From positions 39,060,001 through 39,124,000 of the forward strand of contig NC_043012.1 of the NCBI RefSeq assembly GCF_006345805.1: a DNA stretch of 64,000 bases, given 5' to 3'. The translations under genes were made by a program, and so were the position numbers. Below the pieces are notes generated by a model. That model had not been told where the DNA came from, made no database searches, and saw only the letters and a program-made list of their open reading frames with translations. The number at the start of each line of letters is the position of its first letter. Position 1 is the first letter of the stretch. This document shows, in pieces, positions 12,911 to 25,787 of this stretch. This DNA comes from Octopus sinensis. Its lineage: Eukaryota.

Positions 12911-13340
12911 TATGTTTGACTTTTGCTTTATATTTGTACAAGTTGGCTCCAAGTCTCACCCAGAGACCTCAAGAGACAACAGGGTTGGAAGTTCATGTTG
13001 TTGTTATGCCTAGTGTGCCATATATTTGGGGGGTGGGGATGTTGTACTAATGAATGTCTAAAAAAAAAAGTTTTTTTTTTTTTTTTTTTTAAACCGAAAA
13101 TTATGGTGTTTTAAACCTTGAGGTTACATAGAGAGTATTTTGCGTAGGATATGAGCAGTTCCCATGAGCACTATCTTTTGAACTTCTGCCATTTTGGGTT
13201 TCCTGGTATCTGAGTTAGGTAGCTATCAGGCCCTTTGCTATCATTCCCAGGGCACCTATGACAACAGGTATTGTTTTAGTCTTCAGCTTCCACATTTTGC
13301 TGATTTCTATTTCAAGATCTTTATATTTGCTCAGTTTTAT
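12910..13340 (-). mobile_element. R4/Dong-clade non-LTR retrotransposon, 5'-truncated 3' end (RLE C-terminus plus 3' UTR)
   Basis: 13124-13340 translates (one frameshift) as KLSKYKDLEIEISKMWKLKTKTIPVVIGALGMIAKGPDSYLTQIPGNPK/MAEVQKIVLMGTAHILRKILSM*, the typical restriction-like-endonuclease C-terminus. The element sits in (TAA)n, the known Dong target. Confidence 0.85.
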
Positions 13341-14924
13341 TATATTATTATTATTATTATTTATTCTTATGATTATTATTTATTATTATAATTATCATTA
13401 TTATTATTATTATTATTTATTATTATTATTATTATTATTATCATTATTGTTGTTGTTGTTGTTATTACTATTTTGTGCTAAACTTTATTTCTGCGGTTGC
13501 CTTGAATAAAGAAATACTTTCTTGATAAAGTTAGATTTGCCTAGGACAAATCTGATTAATAATGTTGGATTTGCGTCAGTAACGTGCCTTCCGTAAACAT
13601 GTTTCTCCAATTTAATCAGTTTTCACTGTATTAATCACAGGAAATCAATAACAGTTTTTGGAATCGAAGTTTACGAAAGAAAAACAATCTAATCGAAAAA
13701 ACTGTCGGAGGATGTTAACTGTATCAGTTATATATAATCATGCATTGAAATCAACTCCCTATTTCAGATAGACGAAGATATTTTTTATCGAATACGAAGC
13801 TTTATTACTAAATTTTTTCAATTCGATGGTATTTAAAAGGTGGACAATTCTAGCGCTGATTTTCAAACTCTGTAAAGAAATCAAAATCTTCGCATTTCTT
13901 ACCGACATGAAAACGGAGATGGTGGCTTTCTTCATCGCGCTAAATAGACCATCACATTGGATTACAAAGCTTCCATATTTGAATTTATCACTGCAAGAAA
14001 GAGATCATACTTTTGGTTTCGCGATCTGATAGTGATTTGAGATGTAGTTATCCATGCAGCAGATAAATCCAGTTTCCGTTATACTTCGAAAGAGACACAT
14101 TTTGGAGTTTGCCACATCTTCACAGATAATGTTATGAGTATTATCTTTTAAAATTTCATGCTGTAAAATATTTCATTGTAGAAGAATAAGATGGGTATGT
14201 AATCCATTAGAGACAGCTGTGGATTTTCGGAATGGGTCTAATGAGATTAAATTATGAATTTACTAATTAGACATCCACTTGGTGTGGAAGTGAAAATGTT
14301 CAGCATCAGCTGTTGGGGAACTTTTGCTTTGGCTGTTTATTGAGGTGATTTAAATGCTGGTTGTTGAAGCCTTGGAAATTCTGGTTAGATTTCCTAAGAG
14401 AAGGGGTTCTCAACAACAAATGAAAGGGAAGTATGAAATGCACTTCAAAATTGGAACAATCCCCTGAGAGGGGTGTGGTCCTTATGGTCGAGAGAATTGC
14501 ACAGTTCCAGAAAGCAACTGCAATTTGCATTAAACCTGCAGACTCTTGTCATTTATTTCATATACACAATGAGATTCTTTACGACATTCGATATTATTCT
14601 ACTTTACTCTGTTATTCCTTAATGAAATAATATCATGTATTTCATAAACAATTTTTTTTTTACAAAATATATTTTTCTATTACCAGCTTTAAGTGATCTT
14701 TCTAGGTTTCTCAGTGATAGTTTACAATGGAGGAAAAATTTTATACAAGTTTCTCTCACATGTTCAATTCTGTAACTGCTATTAACAAATGGAAGACGTG
14801 TAGTTGTGAATAAATGATACCAAATATTTTTTTGCAAATCTCCAGGTTTAATGTGTGTGTCTGTGTGCACGCGCACATGTGTACGATTATATATCCATAT
14901 ATATATATATATTTATATATATTA

Positions 14925-17900
14925 TATAAAAGGGCTTAGTAAAATAAATTACTTTGCCGCATACTGAACTCATTAGAAATAGTAGCTAAAAAAACTTTTA
15001 CAAAACTATTTCTAATACTTAAAGAAAACCTCTCTCATATAGTGTTTGCTCAATTCAACTCACGAAAGTATGGGGGTAAAGACATTAAAAAATCAAATGC
15101 AAAGGTTATTTGAGAACGTACGTTTCAAGATTAGTCAACTCGACATTTCTATCACCAGCTCAGAACTCCTTGGTTTGGATTTGAAAACACTGAAAGTGGG
15201 AGCATACCCTTTCGGCTTCTTATCGCTTCTGAAGATCTGCTCGAAACTAACGTGCCAGCAAACTCAAATATGCAAGCGAAGAATTTCTGCTCTCCCCTTT
15301 CCACCAGCGTGGGGTAAATCAGTAAACAACACTATGCTTTTTCGGTTAAAATCCGAGGCATTAAATAGAGAGAGATGAATTATAATTTCAACAATGAGGG
15401 TAAAATTAATTAATTATTAATCAATTTCACCAAGCATTCAGTATGCAAAGGGACCATTTAAGGCGAATTCAAATATTACATTATATAAAAGGGCTTAGTA
15501 AAATAAATTACTTTGCCGCATACTGAACTCATTAGAAATAGTAGCTAAAAAAACTTTTATAAAACTATTTCTAATACTAAAGAAAACCTCTCTCACATAG
15601 TGTTTGCTCAATTCAACTCACGAAGTATGTGGGTAAAGACATTAAAAAATCAAATGCAAAGGTTATTGAGAACGTACGTTTCAAGATTAGTCAACTCGAC
15701 ATTTCTATCATCAGCTCAGAACTCCTGGTTTGGATTTGAAAACACTGAAAGTGGGAGCATACCCTTTCGGCTTCTTATCGCTTCTGAAGATCTGCGCGAA
15801 ACTAACAGTGCCAGCAGACTCAAATATGCAAGCGAAGAATTTCTGCTCTCCCCTTCCACAGCGTGGGTTAAAATCAGTAAACACTATGCTTTTTCGGTAA
15901 AATCCGAGGCATTAAATAGAGAGAGATGAATTATAATTTCAACAATTGAGGGTAAAATTAATTAATTATTAATCAATTTCACCAAGTTATTCAGTATGCA
16001 AAGGGACCATTAAGGCGAATTCAAATTATTACATTATATAAAAGGGCTTAGTAAAATAAATTACTTTGCCGCATACTGAAATCATTAGAAATAGTAGCTA
16101 AAAAAACTTTTATAAAAATATTTCTAATACTTAAAGAAAACCTCTCTCACATAGTGTTTGCTCAATTCAAATCACGAAAGTATGGGGGTTAAAGACATTA
16201 AAAAATCAAATGCAAAGGTTATTTGAGAACGTACGTTTCAAGATTAGTCAACTCGACATTTCTATCACCAGCTCAGAATCCTTGGTTTGGATTTGAAAAC
16301 ACTGAAAGTGGGAGCATACCCTTTCGGCTTCTTATAGCTTCTGAAGATCTGCTCGAAACTAACAGTGCCAGCAAACTCAAATATGCAAGCGAAGAATTTC
16401 TGCTCTCCCCTTTCCACCAGCGTGGGTTAAAATCAGTAAACACTATGCTTTTTCGGTAAAATCGAGGCATTAAATAGAGAGAGATGAATTATAATTTAAC
16501 AATTGAGGGTAAAATTAATTAATTATTAATCAATTTCACCACGTATTCAGTATGCAAAGGGACCATTTAAGGCGAATTCAAATTATTACATTATAAAAAG
16601 GGCTTAGTAAAATAAATTACTTTGCCGCATACTGAACTCATTAGAAATAGTAGCTAAAAAAACTTTTATAAAACTATTTCTAATACTTAAGAAAAACCTC
16701 TCCATATAGTGTTTGCTCAATTCAACTCACGAAAGTATGGGGGTAAAGACATTAAAAAATCAAATGCAAAGGTTATTTGAGAACGTCGTTTCAAGATTAG
16801 TCAACTCGACACTTCTATCATCAGCTCAGAACTCCTTGGTTTGGATTTGAAAACACTGAAAGTGGGAGCATACCCTTTCGGCTTCTTATCGCTTCTGAAG
16901 ATCTGCTCGAAAAAACAGTGCCAGCAGACTCAAATATGCAGCGAAGAATTTCTGCTCTCCCCTTTCCACCAGCGTGGGTGTTAAAATCAGTAAACACTAT
17001 GCTTTTTCGGTAAAATCCGAGGCATTAAATAGAGAGAGATGAATTATAATTTCAACAATTGAGGGTAAAATTAATTAATTATTAATCAATTTCACCAAGT
17101 ATTCAGTAGGCAAAGGGACCATTTAAGGCGAATTCAAATTATTACATTATATAAAAGGGCTTAGTAAAATAAATTACTTTGCCGCATACTGAACTCATTA
17201 GAAATAGTAGCTAAAAAAACTTTTATAAAACTTTTCTAATACTTAAAGAAAACCTCTCTCACATAGTGTTTGCTCAATTCAACTCACGAAAGTATGGGGG
17301 TAAAGACATTAAAAAATCAAATGCAAAGGTTATTTGAGAACGTACGTTTCAAGATTAGTCAACTCGACATTTCTATCATCAGCTCAGAACTCCTTGGTTT
17401 GGATTTGAAAACACTGAAAGTAGGAGCATACCCTTTCGGCTTCTTATCGCTTCTGAAGATCTGCTCGAAACTAACAGTGCCAGCAAACTAAATATGCAAG
17501 CGAAGAATTTCTGCTTCCCCTTTCCACCAGCGTGGGTTAAAATCAGTAAACACTATGCTTTTTCGGTAAAATCCGAGGCATTAAATAGAGAGAGATGAAT
17601 TATAATTTCAACAATTGAGGGTAAAATTAATAATTATTAATCAATTTCACCAAGTATTCAGTAGGCAAAGGGACCATTTAAGGCGAATTCAAATTATTAC
17701 ATTATATAAAAGGGCTTAGTAAAATAAATTACTTTGCCGCATACTTGAATCTCTTAGAAATAGTAGCTAAAAAAACTTTTATAAAACTATTTCTAATACT
17801 TAAGAAACCTCTCTCACATAGTGTTTGCTCAATTCAACTCACGAAAGTATGGGGGTAAAGACATTAAAAAATCAATGCAAAGGTTATTGAGAACGTACGT

Positions 17901-20900
17901 TTCAAGATTAGTCAACTCGACATTTCTATCACCAGCTCAGAACTCCTTGGTTTGGATTTGAAAACACTGATGAAAGTGGGAGCATACCCTTTCGGCTTCT
18001 TATCGCTCTGAAGATATGCTCGAAACTAACAGTGCAGCAAACTCAAATATGCAAGCGAAGAATTTTGCTCTCCCCTTTCCACCAGCGTGGGTTAAAATCA
18101 GTAAACACTATGCTTTTTCGGTAAAATCCGAGGCATTAAATAGAGAGAGATGAATTATAATTCAACAATTGAGGGTAAAATTAATTAATTATTAATCAAT
18201 TTCACCAAGTATTCAGTATGCCAAGGGACCATTAAGGCGAATTCAATTATTACATATATAAAAGGGCTTAGTAAAATAAATTACTTTGCCGCATACTGAA
18301 CTCATTAGAAATAGTAGCTAAAAAAACTCTTTATAAAAACTATTTCTAATACTTAAAGAAAACCTCTCTCATATAGTGTTTGCTCAATTCAACTCACGAA
18401 AGTATGGGGGTAAAGACATTAAAAAATCAAATGCAAAGGTTATTGAGAACGTACGTTTCAAGATTAGTCAACTCGACACTTCTATCATCGCTCAGAACTC
18501 CTTGGTTTGGATTTGAAAACACTGAAAGTGGGAGCAACCCTTTCGGCTTCTTATCGCTTCTGAAGATCTGCCTCGAAACTAACAGTGCCAGCAGACTCAA
18601 ATATGCAAGCGAAGAATTTCTGCTCTCCCCTTTCCACCAGCGTGGGTTAAAATCAGTAAACACTATGCTTTTTCGTAAATCCGAGGCATTAATAGAGAGA
18701 GATGAATTATAATTTCAACAATTGAGGGTAAAATTAATAATTATTAATCAATTTCACCAAGTATTCAGTAGGCAAAGGGACCATTTAAGGCGAATTCAAA
18801 TTATTACATTATATAAAAGGGCTTAGTAAAATAAATTACTTTGCCGCATACTGAACTCATTAGAAATAGTAGCTAAAAAAACTTTTATAAAACTTTTCTA
18901 ATACTTAAAGAAAACCTCTCTCACATAGTGTTTGCTCAATTCAACTCACGAAAGTATGGGGGTAAAGACATTAAAAAATCAAATGCAAAGGTTATTGAGA
19001 AACGTACGTTTCAAGATTAGTCAACTCGACATTTCTACCAGCAGCTCAGAACTCCTTGGTTTGGATTTGAAAACACTGAAAGTAGGGCATACCCTTTCGG
19101 CTTCTATCGCTTCTGAAGATCTGCTCGAAACTAACAGTGCCAGCAAACTCAAATATGCAAGCGAAGATTTCTGCTCTCCCCTTTCCACCAGCGTGGGTTA
19201 AAATCAGTAAACACTATGCTTTTTCGGTAAAATCCGAGGCATTAAATAGAGAGAGATGAATTATAATTTCAACAATTGAGGGTAAAATTAATTAATTATT
19301 AATCAATTTCACCAAGTATTCAGTATGCAAAGGGACCATTTAAGGCGAATTCAATTATTACATTATATAAAAGGGCTTAGTAAAATAAATTACTTTGCCG
19401 CATACTGAACTCATTAGAAATAGTAGCTAAAAAAACTTTTATAAAACTATTTCTAATACTTAAAGAAAACCTCTCTCATATAGTGTTTGCTCAATTCAAC
19501 TCACGAAAGTATGGGGGTAAAGACATTAAAAAACCAAATGCAAAGGTTATTTGAGAACGTACGTTTCAAGATTAGTCAACTCGACATTCTATCATCAGCT
19601 CAGAACTCCTTGGTTTGGATTTGAAAAACTGAAAGTGGGAGCATACCCTTTCGGCTTCTTATCGCTTCTGAAGATCTGCTCGAAACTAACAGTGCCAGCA
19701 GACTCAAATATGCAAGCGAAGAATTTCTGCTCTCCCCTTTCCACCACCGCGTGGGTTAAAATCAGTAAACACTATGCTTTTTCGGTAAAATCCGAGGCAT
19801 TAAATAGAGAGAGATGAATTATAATTTCAACAATTGAGGGTAAAATTAATTAATTATTAATCAATTTCACCAAGTCAGTAGGCAAAGGGACCATTTAAGG
19901 CGAATTCAAATTATTACATTATATAAAAGGGCTTAGTAAAATAAATTACTTTGCCGCATACTGAACTCATTAGAAATAGTAGCTAAAAAAACTTTTATAA
20001 AACTTTTCTAATACTTAAAGAAAACCTCTCTCACATAGTGTTTGCTCAATTCAACTCACGAAAGTATGGGGGTAAAGACATTAAAAAATCAAATGCAAAG
20101 GTTATTTGAGAACGTACGTTTCAAGATTAGTCAACTCGACATTTCTATCATCAGCTCAGAACTCCTTGGTTTGGATTTGAAAACACTGAAAGTAGGAGCA
20201 TACCCTTTCGGCTTCTTATCGCTTCTGAAGATCTGCTCGAAACTAACAGTGCCAGCAAACTCAAATATGCAAGCGAAGAATTTCTGCTCTCCCCTTTCCA
20301 CCAGCGTGGGTTAAAATCAGTAAACACTATGCTTTTTCGGTAAAATCCGAGGCATTAAATAAGAGAGATGAATTATAATTTCAACAATTGAGGGTAAATT
20401 ATTAATTATTAATCAATTTCACCAAGTATTCAGTAGGCAAAGGGACCATTTAAGGCGAATTCAATTATTACATTATATAAAGGGCTTAGTAAAATAATTA
20501 CTTTGCCGCATACTGAACTCATTAGAAATAGTAGCTAAAAAAACTTTTATAAAACTATTTCTAATACTTAAAGAAAACCTCTCTCACATAGTGTTTGCTC
20601 AATTCAACTCACGAAAGTATGGGGGTAAAGACATTAAAAAATCAAATGCAAAGGTTATTTGAGAACGTACGTTTCAAGATTAGTCAACTCGACATTTCTA
20701 TCACCAGCTCAGAACTCCTTGGTTTGGATTTGAAAACACTGAAAGTGGGAGCATACCCTTCGGCTTCTTATCGCTTCTGAAGATCTGCTCGAAACTAACA
20801 GTGCCAGCAAACTCAAAATGCAAGCGAAGAATTTCTGCTCTCCCCTTTCCACCAGCGTGGGTTAAAATCAGTAAACACTATGCTTTTTCGGTAAAATCCG

Positions 20901-22203
20901 AGGCATTAAATAGAGAGAGATGAATTATAATTTCAACAATTGAGGGTAAAATTAATTAATTATTAATCAATTTCACCAAGTATTCAGTATGCAAAGGGAC
21001 CATTTAAGGCGAATTCAAATTATTACATTATATAAAAGGGCTTAGTAAAATAAATTACTTTGCCGCATACTGAACTCATTAGAAATAGTAGCTAAAAAAA
21101 CTTTTATAAAACTATTTCTAATACTTAAAGAAAACCTCTCTCATATAGTGTTTGCTCAATTCAACTCACGAAAGTATGGGGTAAGACATAAAAAATCAAA
21201 TGCAAAGGTTATTTGAGAACGTACGTTTCAAGATTAGTCAACTCGACACTTCTATCATCAGCTCAGAACTCCTTGGTTTGGATTGAAAACACTGAAAGTG
21301 GGAGCATACCCTTTCGGCTTCTTATCGCTTCTGAGATCTGCTCGAAACTAACAGTGCCAGCAGACTCAAATATGCAAGCGAAGAATTTCTGCTCTCCCCT
21401 TTCCACCAGCGTGGGTTAAAATCAGTAAACACTATGCTTTTTCGGTAAAATCCGAGGCATTAAATAGAGAGAGATGAATTATAATTTCAACAATTGAGGG
21501 TAAAATTAATTAATTATCAATTTCACCACCAGTATTCATTAGGCAAAGGGACCATTTAAGGCGAATTCAAATTATTACATTATATAAAGGGCTTAGTAAA
21601 ATAAATTACTTTGCCGCATACTGAACTCATTAGAAATAGTGCTAAAAAAACTTGATAAAACTTTTCTAATACTTAAAGAAAACCTCTCTCATATAGTGTT
21701 TGCTCAATTCAACTCACGAAAGTATGGGGGTAAAGACATTAAAAAATCAAATGCAAAGGTTATTTGAGAACGTACGTTTCAAGATTAGTCAACTCGACAT
21801 TTCTACCAGCAGCTCAGAACTCCTTGGTTTGGATTTGAAAACACTGAAAGTAGGAGCATACCCTTTCGGCTTCTTATCGCTTCTGAAGATCTGCTCGAAA
21901 CTAACAGTGCCAGCAAACTCAAATATGCAAGCGAAGAATTTCTGCTCTCCCCTTTCCACCAGCGTGGGTTAAAATCAGTAAACACTATGCTTTTTCGGTA
22001 AAATCCGAGGCATTAAATAGAGAGAGATGAATTATAATTTCAAAATTGAGGGTAAAATTAATTAATTATTAATCAATTTCACCAAGTATTCAGTATGCAA
22101 AGGGACCATTTAAGGCGAATTCAATTATTACATATAAAAGGGCTTAGTAAAATAAATTACTTTGCCGCATACTGAACTCATTAGAAATAGTAGCTAAAAA
22201 AAC
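14925..22203 (-). repeat. Tandem array of a ~554-bp unit, 13 full copies plus a 70-bp partial copy; each unit carries an HHR motif on the minus strand
   Basis: Unit starts (tataaaagggcttag) at 14925, 15484, 16037, 16592, 17150, 17705, 18257, 18812, 19366, 19922, 20476, 21031, 21583 and 22133. Short ORFs are inconsistent between copies, so the unit is non-coding. Confidence 0.97.
15667..15718 (-). ncRNA. Type I hammerhead ribozyme, intact core (array copy 2; also intact at 17335-17386, 19552-19602, 20107-20158 and 21214-21265)
   Basis: UGAG-CUGAUGA-[UAGAAAUGUCGAGUUGACUAAUCUU]-GAAA-CGUACG-UU-CUCA. Confidence 0.75.
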
Positions 22204-22932
22204 TTTTTTTTAGCTACTATTTCTAATGAGTTCAGTATGCGGCAAAGTAATTATTTTACTAAGCCCTTTTATATAATGTAATAATTTGAATTCGCCTAAA
22301 TGGTCCCTTTGCATACTGAATACTTGGTGAAATTGATTAATAATTAATTAATTTTACCCTCAATTGTTGAAATTATAATTCATCTCTCTATTAATACCTC
22401 GAATTTTACCGAAAAAGCATAGTGTTTACTGATTTTAACCCACGCTGGTGGAAAGGGGAGAGCAGAAATTCTTCGCTTGCAATTTGAGTTTGCTGGCACT
22501 GTTAGTTTCGAGCAGATCTTCAGAAGCGATAAGAAGCCGAAAGGGTATGCTCCCACTTTCAGTGTTTTCAAATCCAAACCAAGGAGTTCTGAGCTGATGA
22601 TAGAAATGTCGAGTTGACTAATCTTGAAACGTACGTTCTCAAATAACCTTTGCATTTGATTTTTTAATGTCTTTACCCCCATACTTTCGTGAGTTGAATT
22701 GAGCAAACACTATTTGAGAGAGGTTTTCTTTAAGTATTAGAAATAGTTTTATAAAAGTTTTTTTAGCTACTATTTCTAATGAGTTCAGTATGCGGCAAAG
22801 TAATTTATTTTACTAAGCCCTTTTATATAATGTAATAATTTGAATTCGCCTTAAATGGTCCCTTTGCATACTGAATACTTGGTGAAATTGATTAATAATT
22901 AATTAATTTTACCCTCAATTGTTGAAATTATA
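22204..22932 (+). repeat. Inverted ~1.3 copies of the 554-bp unit (fold-back end of the array)
   Basis: Junction tagctaaaaaaa-c-ttttttttagcta at 22203; ends at ccctcaattgttgaaattata followed by (TA)n/(TG)n. Confidence 0.95.
22590..22641 (+). ncRNA. Type I hammerhead ribozyme, intact core (inverted copy)
   Basis: Stem I TGAG 22590-93 / CTCA 22638-41; CTGATGA 22594-22600; interrupted stem II 22601-25; GAAA 22626-29; palindrome ACGTACGT 22629-36; predicted cleavage after GUU at 22637. Confidence 0.75.
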
Positions 22933-22934
22933 TT

Positions 22935-22986
<52 letters not shown>

Positions 22987-23136
22987 TATCGTTACAGTTG
23001 GTGTTTATCCCCATATCAGCCTTGACTCATTGCACAATTATGATTCACGTCACCCTCATATCACGTTTAGAGCTGAATTTTATAGGTATGTATATATATA
23101 TAGATATATAATATATATATGTATATATTATATATA

Positions 23137-23245
23137 TATAGTTAATCCAAACAGAAAACACAGCAAAAAAAAAACAGCAACGCAGCACGTGGAACAATTA
23201 AAGTGTTATTGACGCTCAGAAAGAAGGAAGGAGGGAAGGAGGTTT
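23137..23245 (-). mobile_element. Probable PLE pLTR 3' end fragment
   Basis: Same layout as 9820-9915 ((TA)n tail, cgctcag motif), truncated where the ribozyme would be expected. Confidence 0.35.
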
Positions 23246-23274
23246 ATATATATATAGATAGATAGATAGATTGA

Positions 23275-23310
<36 letters not shown>

Positions 23311-23546
23311 TATGCGAGATATGCATACATATATATATTGTTATATACATATTATATTATATATTCTATATATATATATATATATGTATGTATATATATA
23401 TACATATATATTTGTGTGTATATATATATTGGTGTGTGTATATATATGTATATATATATGTGTGTATGTGTGTATATATATATATATATATATGTGTGCG
23501 GTGTGTGATATATATATATATATAGATATATATGTGTGTGTGTGTG

Positions 23547-23588
<42 letters not shown>

Positions 23589-23887
23589 CAGGCAAACCTT
23601 ATGTTGGTCTCATGAAGGGATGGTGTCCTCCAAGGAAATACTGAAAGTAACTATGTACAAGTATATATGTACGTAAGAAGATACGCTTGCTTATCTATGT
23701 ATATACCTGTATGAGCGAAGATCAGTATGTGTACATTTATACACCTATATCTGTGCAGTGGTGTTAGCACATACTTATAAGTGCGTAGGTATGCCTGTGT
23801 ATATGTATTTTCGTGAGTACATATATTCATGCGACTGTGTAGGTGTGTGTGCGTAAGTGTACGTATGCATTTATCTATCTAGAAACA

Positions 23888-23966
<79 letters not shown>

Positions 23967-24121
23967 TATGCATATATGCATGGGTTTGTGTATGTATCGA
24001 TAGGTGCGTATGTATGTGTATATGCGTATGTCTGCGTATGTATATATGTATATGTGAGTGTATGTAAATGTATGTATATACATATGTGTGTGTGTATGTG
24101 TATATGTGTATATTTCCGTAT

Positions 24122-24160
<39 letters not shown>

Positions 24161-24987
24161 ATATATATATATATATATGTGTGTGTGTGGTGTGTGTGTG
24201 TGTATTTGTGTGTATGTGTGTGTGTGTGTTTGGGTATTTGTGTGTATGTGTGGTGTGTGTGTGTGTATGTATGTGTGTATACATTCATATATATATATAC
24301 ACACATATGTATATATCCATAATTAAATTTTACCTACGCTTGCAAGCATGTACACATAGACATTTATTATTCACACATGTAAATTCAGACATAACCAATT
24401 TCAGAAGCCGCAATATAAGTTACCCTTCCATAGAAACGCTATAGTGTAAAAATAAATATTTAAAATTCCACTAAACAATCGAAATTAACTGATCAACATT
24501 GATCTATATCAATTTCTTCTTAGGGCTGATGAATAATGAAAAAGTCTAAATGCAAACACCCACACACGCACGCACATAAAAACACGCAAATACATGAATA
24601 TGCAGAATACATACATACACACGTACACACATGCATACATATATACATCCACACACACACGTACATACATGCATAGACACACTTACATGCATGCATGCAT
24701 ACGCGCATACATGTGTATGCGAACACACACTGACTCACACACATGCGCACAAACACAGAAAAAGAACGCGGCTTGAATAACGGTCAGAGTCAACAAATAC
24801 TGAAAAGGTTGGAAGAAGCAACGAAAACTTTAGAAAAATAAATAATATGAGTGGAAATTTTACCGGTGTGTGTGTTAAAAATGACTCTCCCCAGACACAA
24901 CAGCTATGTTATTAGCATTATCATACGTTTGAGAATAAAATTATTTTCTGATATATATATATATAGGGATAACCACTAGGTTGACAA

Positions 24988-25029
<42 letters not shown>

Positions 25030-25547
25030 TTCTCACCCTCATTTTAATTTTATATATATATATACATATATATGTATGTATGTATGTATGTATATATATG
25101 GACGTAGAGATGAATGCATGCACGCGCGTATATACGTGTTTGTGTAATTGTATATATACAAATTTTCCCAGATTTATGTACAACTGACAAATGTACTTTA
25201 TTTTCTTACCTTATCTATATTTTAATCTCCTCTATTTAATTAATTAATTCATTACTCTAATTCTATTTACCTACTCAATCTTACTTCCAACCAACCAGCG
25301 AACCGCTCGCCCGATAAATATAAAGCATAAAACAGTGTCATTCAGTCTGATATGATGAACCTCAAAACAAACATACAGAACATCTTAGGGAATATCTTCA
25401 CCACTGAAGAGATTACGCTCACAAATATGAACTACATACATACATACATACACTCACATATGTATATACATACATTTACATATACACATATATACGCACC
25501 CATCGATACATACACAAAGCCATGCATATATATATATAGAGAGAGAG

Positions 25548-25691
25548 AATACCAAACGAGTTCCCTATGGATACCGTATTTATTACAACGAGTGGCTTGT
25601 AAACGTATCTAACGAGCGAAAGCTCGTTAGATACGTTTACAAGCCACTCGTTGTAATAAATACGGTATCCATTGGGAATGAGTTTGGTATT
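25548..25691. repeat. Long hairpin: 51-bp perfect stem (25567-25617 / 25622-25672) with a GAAA tetraloop, extendable to ~70 bp
   Basis: atggataccg...ctaacgagc GAAA gctcgttag...cggtatccat, checked base by base. Confidence 0.95.
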
Positions 25692-25787
25692 TTATTTATT
25701 ACACACGAATAAACGACCATATTTTATTAACCCAATAACTAAATTATTCATGTTTAGTTGTAACTTATGAATGACAAAAGTAGTGCC

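Noticed and set aside
15228-15260. Second hammerhead-like string on the plus strand of the 554-bp unit (ctgaagatctgctcgaaac)
   Set aside because: No stem II can form between the boxes, the triplet would be GUG (not NUH), and stem I does not pair.
14925-22203. CRISPR-like or rDNA/histone repeat interpretation of the array
   Set aside because: No repeat-spacer alternation, no rRNA, tRNA or histone sequence in the unit, and the context is eukaryotic.
15046-22706. Recurrent 60-110 aa ORFs in the array (MLNSTHESMGVKTLK...)
   Set aside because: They start at non-ATG codons, frames change between copies, and no domain is recognisable.
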